Made by a program: the position numbers and the translations under genes. Source: Fistulifera solaris (Eukaryota). From it: 64,000 bases of DNA. Numbering within the stretch: the stretch's first letter is position 1; each line of letters starts with the position of its first letter. Shown here piece by piece: positions 24,612 to 35,715 of the stretch. Where the stretch lies: positions 1,674,001 through 1,738,000 of the forward strand of contig AP026125.1 in the NCBI GenBank assembly GCA_030295235.1, read 5' to 3'. Below the pieces are notes generated by a model that was given only the letters and a program-made list of their open reading frames with translations, was not told the DNA's origin and made no database searches.

Positions 24612-25204
24612 AGACCATTATAGTTGTCGCGGCCGAAGAGTCTTATCCGTCATCCACAGAGAGAAAGCAAATGGCAGCCCAGGTTCTGCAACATGTCCTT
24701 TCCTGTCTTACAACCAGGGAATTTGTTCTAGGAGACGAAGTGTATAAGCACAACGTCCATGTCGTCAAATCACGAGAAAATTTCGGCAAGGCGGATGCTT
24801 CAAGTGAAGGAACTCTCCTAAGGAGAAATATTTCGTTAGATACTGTATTGGCAGCAGCTGACTGCTACGTAGTGATTTCACCTGATCACAATTACTCTAT
24901 CCCACTGATGAGACAATTTGATAAACAGGCCTACAGGGCGAAGTGCGCTGGAATCGTGAATTATTCGTTCAGTCCATGCTGCGAAATGCGCGGTGCCGTT
25001 GCCATATCAATGATGTGCCACGAACTGGGCTGTCTTCCTGTGTCTTCATTCTGCTGTATTCCTGAAGTCAATACACTTGCTGGAAAAGGAAGACTTGAAA
25101 AGGACATTATGCTTGTTCCACAGCTACCACAAATGCTGAATGAATTAGAGTGGACAGCAGTTGCCTTTAAAAAGCAGCGCTCTATCGTAGGAGTACCATT
25201 CTAG
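24602..25204 (+). CDS. Degenerate NADPH-dependent FMN reductase (flavodoxin-like) domain; probably the C-terminus of the upstream gene
   Basis: AADCYVVISPDHNYSIP, K.AGIVNYS, HELGCLPVS and LNELEW resemble FMN_red. The frame is open upstream of ATG 24671 through KILETIIVVAAE, a plausible first beta-strand. Confidence 0.6.
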   Translation, partial: KILETIIVVAAEESYPSSTERKQMAAQVLQHVLSCLTTREFVLGDEVYKHNVHVVKSRENFGKADASSEGTLLRRNISLDTVLAAADCYVVISPDHNYSIPLMRQFDKQAYRAKCAGIVNYSFSPCCEMRGAVAISMMCHELGCLPVSSFCCIPEVNTLAGKGRLEKDIMLVPQLPQMLNELEWTAVAFKKQRSIVGVPF

Positions 25205-25284
25205 GCCTTTGTCGAATTTGAAAGAAGGTTAATATATAGGTGCGTGATTAACTTTGAAATTAGGCTTCTAGGTAAACGGCACCT

Positions 25285-26802
25285 CTATCCTAAAAGGCTC
25301 AGTTTGCCTTCTAATTGCAAAAGCGCTGGGAATACCTCAACGCGTTCTTGAACAATGTTTCGTAGTGTCTGAAGCTGCTCGGGAGATCGAATCCGCCCAG
25401 TTCGCAGTAAAATTGATAACCAGGTACTGCACAGATACTCAGCACGACTCGGTTTCAACGCAAGCCTACTGGTCAAAGCAGTCAGAAGTACAGAAAGCAA
25501 GTCTGAGGCCATCGTTCCACACGTAGTCTCAATAACTTTTGCATCCTTGACACTCAAAGCCAGCTCTAGCAACCCGTCGTCTCCAGATTGTAAGGCTTGC
25601 TGCAAGAGCTGAGATAATGATTCCGTTGTAGCCTTTTTCGGTTGAAAGGAAGACGCCAAATCATCACCATCCACATCCATATTCTCGGCATCATTTTCTT
25701 TTTCTGACCCTTCATCGTCCTCGTCAAGTACTTTTTGTAGCTGCTCTAATCTTTCGGCAATCGTAGGGCCCTCTTCCTCCTCTTCGTCATTTTCGCCTTC
25801 GACTTCCTCAACTTTTTTGTCGTTTTGCTGACACTTCTTTTATTTGACGAGCGTCGCCTCCGGCTTGCCCAGGACCCAAAACCACTGCTTTTTCTTTTTA
25901 TCTGCTGCGACTGGTTCTTCAACATCCATGCTTTTTGTTTCTTCCCAGTTCACAACAGATGTTTCACCAGATGCCGACGCGCTATCAAGGTCAAGTCTCC
26001 GAACTTGGAGAGTTCCTTTCTGCATAATGGCCCAAAGTTCACTCTGATTCAGAAGAAGCGATGCTCTGGCGATGGTAGGTTCAATGTGAAATTTTCTTGC
26101 TAGCTTGCTTTTGTCGTACAAATGAGACCCATTGATCAAAACCCGATCGTTGGCGACTTGCCAGTATTGAACAGACGTTTCTACGGAGAAGGATTCTTGC
26201 GCTTTTCCGTCAGCACTATAAATGTGAACCTTTCCAGGTGAAGCGACGTATAACAACCCGCCGGCGGCAGCTATATGGCTACTCACGAAAGGCAAAGACA
26301 CTTTCGTCTTTTGTCCATTTTGCAGCTCGACAAACCTCAGTTCTTTACTTTGTGCGACAGCCGCGACGCCGCCGTTTAGCAAAGCGATTTTAGGGCCGCC
26401 CGAAGTCTTCCCTGCTTTAACTTTACTTTTCAGTGCTCCTTGCTCATCGACTTTGTGAATGTAAAGTTTATCACCCTTAGAAATCAGAAGATGCAAGGAA
26501 TTGTCCGAAACATCACCGTCCATGACTTCAAATTCTTTGCTAGCGGCAGGCGGATACGTATACGCCACAACACATCTTTGTAAGTCCCAAACAACCACCG
26601 TGGTTTGAAGTAAAGCAGCAACACTTGTGGAATTGACGAACAACAATTTCCGCACAGTTTCGGCTGTCTTGAATGTCAACGTCGCCTGCAAATCCCTCGC
26701 CAGGTAAATACCGACTCGTAAAACAGAGGCGGCGTTATTCGATAAGACGACAGCTATTTGATCGTCAAAGTTGGCGGTAACAAAAGTCGTTTCTTCTGTC
26801 AT
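25285..26802 (-). CDS. UTP5/WDR43-like SSU processome protein (propeller-like N-terminus, Utp12/Dip2 C-terminal domain); frameshift(s) near 25820-25890
   Basis: C-terminal SLSQLLQQALQSGDDGLLELAL..LLTALTSRLALKPSR..WLSILL..LLQLEGKLSLL is Utp12-domain-like; beta-rich N-terminus with VVVWDL. Confidence 0.7.
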
Positions 26803-27233
26803 TTTCGCTTCGTTTCCTTTAGTAAAAATTGAAAAATAGACGAGATAATGCACAATGGCTTGTATCTCGATGCTTTCAAAGAAATACAGAAAAGTGAATG
26901 CCGCGCACATGATGATCGAATGGACAAAAACTTGTCGCCGAGGCGCAGCACAGACGAAGAGTCTCTACTCTTTGCTTCATACTTCTTGCAATGTAGAATG
27001 TAGCAAGCAGTTGACCGGGACTGAAATTGAGTCCAGGATCGACTAATGACTCCACTATGGGTCAATTGTACAATGACTGCAGCGAGTTCCATCACATTTG
27101 ACGTAGCATCCCCAATGCATAACTCCTGCCGTTATACCCTATCCATTCTGGGTTGAGCCATATTCCTAGACTTTTGGAGCGTAATAATATCTGTAACTGC
27201 GTGTTTAGGCGGAGTCAACCAAACTACTTAGAT

Positions 27234-28633
27234 TTAGGACGACATCTTTTCGACCCAGTTCTCGCTAATGACTGGCATGTAGAAAGGTAGGCCATTGCAC
27301 CAGTCAAACTCTTCCATCGCTTTGCACGCTTCCTTTACAGCTTGCAGCGGAACTTTCTCAGTGATCAAAACAAAAGCCGCATCATCTCGGCGAGTGATGG
27401 GGTTTTGTAAAATAGAATGAATAGACACGCCGACCTTTTCACATGCTTCACCGACCTGACGCGTAATACCGAGTCCGTCACGGTAGCGGATGCGAATGTA
27501 GAAGGTGGAACTGTAATCGTCAACATATTCGGTAACCTTGTCTAGCGGGTTGAACGGCATGGGGCTCTTATCTCCTTTTGCCAAGGCGATAATGTCATTG
27601 ATACAACTGTTGGCGGTAGGATAACGACCGGCTCCTTGTCCAATGTAAGTAGAAGACTGCAAGTTTCGCGACGATACTTCGATGGCATTTGTAGCACCGC
27701 TCACGCTGGCCAGGGGCTCTTCCTTTGTCAAGTAGCAGGGGCTGACAAAGGCGGTAATCTACCCTCTTCGACTCGTTCCGCCACACCTAGTAGCTTGATC
27801 GTTCCTCCCATCATTTTGGCGTAATCAAAGTCCAATTTGGTGAGGTCCGTAATACCACGGCAAGCAATTTTGTCTTCAGGCACTTCCACACCGAACCCAA
27901 GACGCATCAAGATTTTCAACTTGGATCGAGCATCGAATCCACCCACATCTAGTGTGGGGTCCGCTTCAGCATAGCCTAGACGACTCGCTTCCGTAAGCGC
28001 CTCGTCGTAGGTGCGACCAAACTGGTCCATCTCAGTCAACATGAAATTGGTGCAACCGTTGATAATCCCCGAAATCATGGAGACTTCATCACCAACAAAG
28101 TCACTCTGGAATGAACGAATAACTGGAATTCCTCCACAAACAGCCGCTTCGTAGCGGAATTGAACTGGTTTATCCATATTAGCAAGCGTTTCTTCGATTT
28201 CCGGCAGATACATGGCAATCAATGCCTTGTTTGCCGTCACCACATCCTTTCCAGATTTTAACGACGAGAAAACGATATTCTTCGCGTCAGTTGTGCCACC
28301 CATAACTTCCACAACCATATCAATATCCGGATCCGTCAAGATGTCGTCGTATTTGTCGGTGACGGTGCATCCCTCCGGAATGGCGAAATCGCGTTGTTTG
28401 GTGGCATCTCGCACGCAAATTGTCTTGACTACAAGATCGGAGCCGGTGAGCTCTTTAAAGTAGGCTGATTTTTTCGTGAGAATCTCAACAATACCACCAC
28501 CGACGGTTCCACCGCCAAAAATACCTATTGTGCGAGTGGCTTCGAGTGATGTGAGCAGTGGTCTTTGTTGTTGGGGCACAACGAACGCGTTGGCAGAGGT
28601 AGTCAAGAGTAATAAGGGACAAAGTGACCACAT
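27234..28633 (-). CDS. hom: Homoserine dehydrogenase with C-terminal ACT domain, plastid-targeted; apparent frameshift near 27750
   Basis: IGIFGGGTVGGG, VVTANKA, YEAAVCGGIP, GIINGCTNFML, GYAEADPTLDVGGFDA, GQGAGRYPTANS, ACT-like tail; bipartite presequence MWSLCPLLLLTTSANA-FVVP. Confidence 0.92.
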
Positions 28634-28861
28634 TCTGATAAGATCAAAATAGAGATGAAGCAAGGTAATATAGAATCCTCTAGAATTGCGCTGAGGAGAT
28701 CCGATTCAAATCAATTCAGTTTGCGTCAGCTGTCATCCATTCCAGCCAACTCAAGTTGCAGAATGAATCTGTTGTGTGCTTTCGGCTATCGGTATCGGTG
28801 GGCCATCCGATCAACGAGAAACGAGGAAAAATCCAATACCGGCTGACCGGCAGACAGATAA

Positions 28862-29325
28862 ATGTCCGGGTTCCCCCTTAGTCGATAAATTTCCCTACGG
28901 GACCTACGTGAAATACACGTAGACTTTAGAAGAGTTGCTTCTGTTGTCCTTTTCACGTTGGGTGTTCCAATTATTGTCGATTCTTGCATATGATCTCTGT
29001 GCACTTATGTTGAAGAATGTTAAGATGAAATTTGTCCCCTTCGATCTTATAATGAAGTCGAAATCGGTACGTTCTTGGTGTTACCAACGTCAATAAAATT
29101 ACTACGGAAAACGAGGTTAAAATTCTGCCTCGCCGTAGGCTCTACGTAGCAAATTGTACTGAGAGGCAGAATTTTAACGCCCTCTCCGGGGATACTTGCA
29201 TTTTACGTAGACTTTCGATACGTTGTATTTTCGCTCTTTTCTGCCGTTTAAAAATAGATCATTCATCAGTGTTGTTTCATCCTTTGATGGCATTGCAATG
29301 AAAGATACTCGAAAACTGGATGATG
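28862..29325 (-). repeat. Dispersed repeat family A, locus 2 (inverted orientation; one full core and one partial core)
   Basis: The reverse complement of 28862-28930 is AAAGTCTACGTGTATTTCACGTAGGTCCCGTAGGGAAATTTATCGACTAAGGGGGAACCCGGA; that of 29201-29232 includes AAAATACAACGTATCGAAAGTCTACGTAAAA. Confidence 0.8.
29116..29178. repeat. Perfect 16-bp inverted repeat with 31-nt spacer
   Basis: GTTAAAATTCTGCCTC (29116-29131) and GAGGCAGAATTTTAAC (29163-29178); the spacer contains CTACGTAG. Confidence 0.9.
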
Positions 29326-29333
29326 TGTAAACT

Positions 29334-30320
29334 AGGTGCTGAAGGACCAAAAACACCGATTCCAGATTTTCTGGAACATAGACAGGATTTCTGTGCGACC
29401 GAAAAACCATCGATTCCAGAAATTCTGGAATGTGCACAAAATCAATGTGCAATGCAAAACAACGACACCAGAATTTCTGGAAGGCACACAGGACGTCGGA
29501 TGGATGCAAAACACCGATTCCAAAATTTCTGGAATGTCAACACAACCTTTGTGTGACAAAAATAAAAATTCCAGAATTTCTGGAATGCACACAAAAAATT
29601 TCGAGTGACGCAAAACACCGATTCCAGATTTCCTGGAACGGTCCCTAAGTATCTGTGTGGTTTGAAACACCTATTTCAGCTTTTCTGGAACGCTCACAGA
29701 GGTGCTGTAGGACTAAAAACACCGATTCCAGATTTTCTGTAACATAGACAGGATTTCTGTGTGACCGAAAACCATCGATTCCAGAAATTCTGGAATGTGC
29801 ACAAAATCAATGTGCAATGCAAAACAACGACACCAGAATTTCTGAAAGGCACACAGGACATCGAATGGATGCAAAACACCGATTCCAAAATTTTCTGGAA
29901 CGTCAGCACAACCTTTGTGTGACCGAAAATAAACATTCCAGAATTTCTGGAATGCACACAAAAAATTTCGAGTGACGCAAAACACCGATTCCAGATTTCC
30001 TGGAACGGTCCCTAAATATCTGTGTGATTTGACACACCAATTTCAGCTTTTCTGGAACGCCCACAGAGGTGCTGTAGGACTAAAAACACCGATTCCAGAT
30101 TTTCTGTAACAAAGACAGGATTTCTGTGTGACCGAAAACCATCGATTCCAGAAATTCTGGAATGTGCACAAAATCAATGTGCAATGGAAAACCACTACAC
30201 CAGAATTTCTGGAAGGCACACAGGACATCGAATGGATGCAAAACACCGATTCCAAAATTTTCTGGAACGTCAACACAACCTTTGTGACCGAAAATAAAAA
30301 TTCCAGAATTTCTGGAATGC
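29334..30320. repeat. Minisatellite array: ~52-bp monomers organised as a 7-mer higher-order repeat (~366 bp, ~2.7 copies)
   Basis: AGGTGCTG recurs at 29334, 29700 and 30067. Each unit holds 7 diverged monomers with core AAAACACCGATTCCAGAWTTTCTGGAA. Confidence 0.95.
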
Positions 30321-30611
30321 AGGGGCGACTCCAGTCGTGGCGCAAGATTGTTGTGCGTTGTGCTACACTTCCGCCTAACAATCTCCTGTGAACAAGGCAA
30401 ATGTTAGTGCCTTAGGAATAACTACACACTTGAATAATAGACGCAACAATGATTGTAGAAAAAAGCGCCGTAATCGGTCCTATTGCCATCGTCCTACATA
30501 AGATTTTCTAAAGTCAGGCAATGTGCGCAGGCCTAGATGCAATTCCTTGGAAAGAATTATGTTTGAAACACTATCAATTTAAACTGTGTAGGCATTAAAT
30601 TTTAGGCGAAA

Positions 30612-31739
30612 TCACCCACGAGGAGTCGCAAAGCCGAATTCAGTGTTATCGAAGGGTTCGGGCAAGGGCTGCTTGGTGAGAGCCTCTGCTTTGGCTTTGG
30701 TTTCCGCGAACATTGGATGAGTAAAATAACGTTCTCCAAAAGAAGGAATGATACACACAGCTACTTTGTCTTTGTTTTCAGGACGAGAGCACACCTGCAC
30801 AGCAGCCTCTACAATGGCCCCCGACGAAACTCCCGTCGGTAACCCCATCATCCACAACTTGAACGTCATTTCCTCCGCTTTACTCGAATGTACAGGAACG
30901 ACTTCGTCCAATAGATCGATCCCCAAAACTTTAGGTACTAAACCCGCGCCCATACCCTGAATCTTGTGCGGTCCTTGCTGTCCTATCTTTTCTCCGCCTC
31001 GGGCTTCCGTAATCAACATCTGTTCCTGCGGTTCCACAGCAACGGTATACAAGTCCGGTTTCAAAGGCGGGCAATCGAATTCTGGACAGCCCTTGATATA
31101 CTGCGATACACCCGTGACAGTTCCACCGGTACCCACTCCCGACACAAAAATGTCAATCTTTCCGTCCGTATCACGCCAAATTTCCGGTCCGGTTGTTTCC
31201 CTGTGAATTTTTGGGTTCGCAGGGTTCTCAAATTGATTGAGCATGACGCCTTTATCGCCCAACTCTTCCAAGATTTCCTTGGCCTTGGCCAAAGCACCCG
31301 GTACGGCCTTTTCTTTGGGTGTCAGGACCACTTCGGCGCCGAGTGCCAACAGCATGATGCGTCGTTCGACACTCATGGTTTCAGGCATCGTCAGAATGCA
31401 ACGATAGCCGCGTTCACGTGCGATGAACGCAAGAGCGATGCCTGTATTACCCGAGGTTGGTTCTACGAGAACAGACTTGCCCGGAACGAGGCGGCCTTCT
31501 TTTTCGGCTTGATCGATCATGCTCTTTCCCAAACGGTCTTTTACAGAACTGCAGGGACCGAGGGATTCCAGTTTACCCAAGAGGGTGGCATTGTGATTGG
31601 GAACGAGACTGGAGAGATCAATCAGGGGAGTACCTCCTACCAAATCAGAAGGACGAGCAGCAACGCGCATGGTTCGAGATGAAGTTGTAAGTTTTATTGA
31701 AACAGATTTGGATGTTGCGCTAAGAAAACGCTGAAACAT
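30612..31739 (-). CDS. cysK: Cysteine synthase / O-acetylserine(thiol)lyase, probable mitochondrial presequence
   Basis: PCSSVKDR (PLP lysine), EPTSGNTG, QFENPANP, GVGTGGT, HKIQGMGAG, PSFGERY; N-terminus MFQRFLSATSKSVSIKLTTSSR. Confidence 0.95.
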   Translation of the reverse strand: MFQRFLSATSKSVSIKLTTSSRTMRVAARPSDLVGGTPLIDLSSLVPNHNATLLGKLESLGPCSSVKDRLGKSMIDQAEKEGRLVPGKSVLVEPTSGNTGIALAFIARERGYRCILTMPETMSVERRIMLLALGAEVVLTPKEKAVPGALAKAKEILEELGDKGVMLNQFENPANPKIHRETTGPEIWRDTDGKIDIFVSGVGTGGTVTGVSQYIKGCPEFDCPPLKPDLYTVAVEPQEQMLITEARGGEKIGQQGPHKIQGMGAGLVPKVLGIDLLDEVVPVHSSKAEEMTFKLWMMGLPTGVSSGAIVEAAVQVCSRPENKDKVAVCIIPSFGERYFTHPMFAETKAKAEALTKQPLPEPFDNTEFGFATPRG

Positions 31740-32062
31740 TCTCTTGTGTGCGAGCCTTTGGTCAACGACACTTTCGTATCTTCAATAATGCTTGGAGAAG
31801 TAAAAAGGAGATACCAAGTTTATTCACCACAACCCGTCCAAGGAAAAGTTGAGAAGGATGAAAAGGCCCCCGACCCCGACCCCCGAGCGATCTTTCGTGT
31901 CATAAAGATCCATTCTGCTATTGCTAACCTTACTTTGTATTCTGCTACTGCTACAGTACCCGTGTGTCCGATGACGACACAAAGTTTCTTCTCTTTGTCT
32001 CATATTGGGAGTCTGCTCTATGTGGTTTTGTGTAGGGGACCTGGGAGTCCCGAATAATAATT

Positions 32063-32285
32063 CTGAGTCACGAACCTAAAACATGGTGCAGTCTGTCCGT
32101 CCTTCCTTTGCGACATTTCTCAAACACGCTGCGACTGCAATCGGATCTTGAGTACCGATCCGAAACAACTTCCACTACTTACATCATACTATTTGCCGGA
32201 GTACTTTCAAGGTCTATTGTGAAAAATCCTCTCTTTTTCGCACAAAAATGCAAGGGGGATGAAATTTGGCCCATTTTCTTGCAAC
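32063..32285 (+). repeat. Dispersed repeat family B, copy 1
   Basis: Colinear blocks shared with 54314-54545: CTG.GTCACGA, AGTCTGTCCGT, CGACATTT, CTGCGAC, GTACCG.TCCGAAA, AGTACTT(T)CAAGG, CAAAAATGCAAGGG, GGCCCATT. Confidence 0.75.
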
Positions 32286-32531
32286 GTTTGTCATCTTGCA
32301 AATCAGCAACCATGAAAGCATTTCTTTTCGTCATGATTATTTTTAGATGAATATGATCCTGCTTAACATAAAAACTGTTGAGACTTTGAAAACGGCGTCA
32401 AAATAGATCACTACACGCCATTTCGCCACTTATAAAGCATGAAAATGTTACGCGTCGATCATGTAATGCTTCCCTGACGTGCATGGTTTCTGACAGTCAC
32501 CCTTGGACTGCATTATACTTTCGTTACCGTT

Positions 32532-32595
32532 CTTGACACTCAAATCGCCTGTGAACGGATTTACTTGACACTCAAATCGCTTGAAAACGGATTTA
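32532..32595. repeat. 32-bp tandem duplication
   Basis: CTTGACACTCAAATCGCCTGTGAACGGATTTA followed by CTTGACACTCAAATCGCTTGAAAACGGATTTA. Confidence 0.85.
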
Positions 32596-33779
32596 TCGGA
32601 GTCCCTTCGACGTGAGTCGGATGTAGTCTACCTTTCCGATCCTTGTATTCGACACCATCGTCCCTCACAAGGCCTCGTGTTTCGGTGTATGTAGCGGTGT
32701 GTGGGTTCCCATTCTCGCTATTATTTGGTCGCATCATACCGAATCGTCTATTCATGGTTCCGAGACATTGCATAATGCGTGCATCGAGATTGCTGGCGTG
32801 GCCGTCTTTTCGACTTGTTTCATTTTTGTTTGCTCGCGCCTCGCCCAGTCGCGTTTTGTTGCGGCTCCTTATGAGACAGAGTTTTGGGTACATTTGGCTC
32901 CGTTACTGTTTGACATCTTCGGGTGCCCCGGTAATCTGAACTTGGTCAGCATGAAAGAGAAGCTGCTCGGAATCGACTCTTGCCGACGTTGATGCCCATA
33001 TTTCACATATTCGAAGTCCGTGGTCGTTTCGAGTCGCTACTGAAGCGTTTTCCACCAGACTCTGCAAAGGAGGCGAAATGTAGCTGCAGGCACTACAAGC
33101 AACAGCTGTTTTCACTTTCAGCAGGGAACGCTAGAGGAAACGCGTCGACAATGCCGCGCTCGTCCTTTGGTACCAGGTAGCGACTAGCCAACAACACGTA
33201 TCGCTCATTTTTATAATTTTCGGGGATCTATTGTGCCGAACGAAGTGCATGGGACGGCTAAACGAATATCCTTGGGGATTGCGGGCCATTTATACAATAA
33301 CATGTCGATTTCAACACGCGATAATGTACTGGTCGCGACGACTTCTGGTAAGCCTACGCTTTCAAGTGGGCAATTCATTATCTTTTAGGTAACAAGCAAC
33401 ATTGAAACGAAGGTTTTGGTTCTCTAAATGATCATTTGATTTGTTCACCAAACCCTGACAAAAAGTGGAAGGTGCAAAGACAAGCCCTCTCGACCAAAAC
33501 AAGTTCTCTATCATTCAAGATAATCAATGACACGTTGCCGCGTAAGAGATCTTTCATCTTCCGGTAGACACTGGCAACAGAAATTGGCAAACCATAAAAA
33601 AAAGGTCGGAGCCGTTTTCCAGGTCGGATCTTCAACCCGATTTGGGTGATACTTGACGTAGATAGTTATTTCACCAAGCTGACTAGAATTTGATCAACGT
33701 GACGGGAAAGTAATCTCTACTCTAGTATTTTACAATTAATAACATATCAATCGAACCGACATGAGTGCCATGCAACTAG

Positions 33780-35118
33780 TTAATATTCCTCATCTACAGA
33801 ACCCATCCATTCCGCCAAGTCATCTAGTGATAGTGTTTCGACAGTCATATCTTCCAGATATTGCACCACGCCCGTACTTCGACCTTTTTCCAGTAAGCGT
33901 CCCTTAGGATGATGGTCTTTCAATATCACGACCAATCCACCCGTTTTCGGCAAGGCCGTCTCCAAGTAGCGCTCCGGGACCTTGTCCAAGATGGTACCCG
34001 AGTCCAGCTGCAGTGTAGCTCCTTTGGGAGTGACATCCACGACAACTGCCTTCTCCTTAAAGTATCGTCGACCGAGCTTTTCCGTGATAATACGAACACG
34101 GATGTGCGGTACGACCCATTTCAAGGCACTACGATCATCGTCCAAACGACTGCGTTTTAGTTTCTTTCTTTCATCCTCCTCTTTTCGATCTTTGCGTTTC
34201 GTATTAGCTCGATGACCATCGTCATTTAAAGGATCTCTTCTTGAATCTTCCTTCTTGATATTAGTTGATTCAGCGTAACGAAATGGCCGTTCCTCCAGTT
34301 CACTCCGTAGCAAAAGATCCCCCAACGCCCCGCGCTTCACAATGGTGTGTTCGGAATCCCCCTCAAATTGAATCTTCACATTATTTAATCCCGGAACACC
34401 CACCAACTGAATGATTTGTGCCCTTTTGATCCTACCATGATCAAGCTTCCGTCTTGTAATGTCCTCTGCTTATCCCATTTCTTCTGTTCGATCCGTTGCT
34501 TTTCGTATTCTTCTCGCTTCTTTTGTAATTTCGCCTGTTGTTGAAATTGATCCGGTCGTAACGGCTTTTTACTCAACTGTACCGGTTCCGACAAATCCGG
34601 TGTCGCCCCCAGTCCCAATCGATGGGGTCGTGGCATGGACATTTCCGTGTCACCTTTCGATTCTTCGCCAGTCCAACCCATGCCTCGTAACAGAGCGGAC
34701 CCGAATTCTGCAATGGGAACTCTTTGATACTGCTCCGAATGAATATTAAGTTCTTCGGGCAATCGTTGCAAATCTTGTTCGTATTGTTCACGATCAGTAT
34801 TGGAATTTTTCGCCGCCGCAATGACGCGAGTCGTCTCGGTGGTTGCGTTTGTCTTCTCGGCATCGGCTTGTAACAGCCGCGCCGCCTCTCGATCTTCGTC
34901 GGTTATTATTTGTGAATCATCATTACTTTGACGAGGACCTTTCCAGCGATTTGATTCAAGAGGAATCACCAGCGGTGTATCACGAGGACGTTCGGGTGGA
35001 TGCAAGACATGTTCACTTTCGTCGTCGTCTCCAAAGGCGGATGCTTTCTTTTTGTTTTCGATTTACTAGTTTTGAGTTGTAAACTTAATTTTGTATGACT
35101 CGTCTCTGCATCTGTCAT
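33780..35118 (-). CDS. GPKOW: G-patch and KOW domain protein (Spp2/MOS2/GPKOW-like splicing factor); apparent frameshifts near 35050 and 34420
   Basis: PLVIPL, G-patch YQRVPIAEFGSALLRGMGW..RPHRLGLGA, and C-terminal KOW/SH3-like WVVPHIRVRII..KEKAVVVDV..LETALPK. Confidence 0.85.
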
Positions 35119-35715
35119 GATCACTTGATAATGAAGAGCGGGCTTTCTTCAAGGGATGATGAATGTTGTAGGTGATGGCGATGGCCATGGTCTTTCGAAG
35201 TGTTGGTGTTGGCCGTATTTTTTCTAGTTTCGTCGTTTGTGTGCACCATTGAGTCTTGCTTGAGTCCACTCGTGAATAAAACGGACGAGAAAATGTCGTT
35301 CATGACCATTGCTTCTACTTTTTAGTTCACACTCCGACATCCAACGGCACGATTTCACACACACTGTGCATCAAGCAGTAGGCGGAACGCAATGCGGTGC
35401 AAATTAGAGGGGCATGCAGCCACGCCTTTTTTAGCAAGACCCGCCGCTGCGTTGCATGATGAGAGAAAGATGTTTTATTTCATTGCATTTGAAAGATAGG
35501 AAGTCGATGAAATCAGGCTTTGTCTGGAGAAAACAAAGGAAATAAGATAAATAAAAATTGTTTAGCCTTAGAGTGCAGCAATCATCGCGCTAGCTCGAAA
35601 AACACTAGAGTAGGCCGTCCGTTCATTCAAGTTTGCTCGCTCACCACGCAACAACATACCTTGACGCTGTGCATTCCTTCTATACTGTCAATCACTAGCT
35701 ATCGTTAAAACACAC

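Noticed and set aside
29334..30320. CRISPR array interpretation of the conserved-core/variable-spacer pattern
   Set aside because: The context is eukaryotic, there are no cas genes, the cores are degenerate, and the spacers recur every 7 units and resemble each other, which fits a higher-order minisatellite.
29174..30400. Multiple repetitive ORFs (FQKFWN / IPEFLE peptides)
   Set aside because: They arise in several frames on both strands from the DNA repeat, and the 52-bp monomer is not a multiple of 3.
30966..31682. 238-aa antisense ORF over cysK (and similar antisense ORFs over other genes)
   Set aside because: Shadow ORFs opposite well-supported genes, with no domain features.
32561..33400. 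Short ORFs in the gap between cysK and GPKOW
   Set aside because: No recognisable motif in any frame and frequent stops; a decayed gene or TE cannot be supported or excluded without a search.
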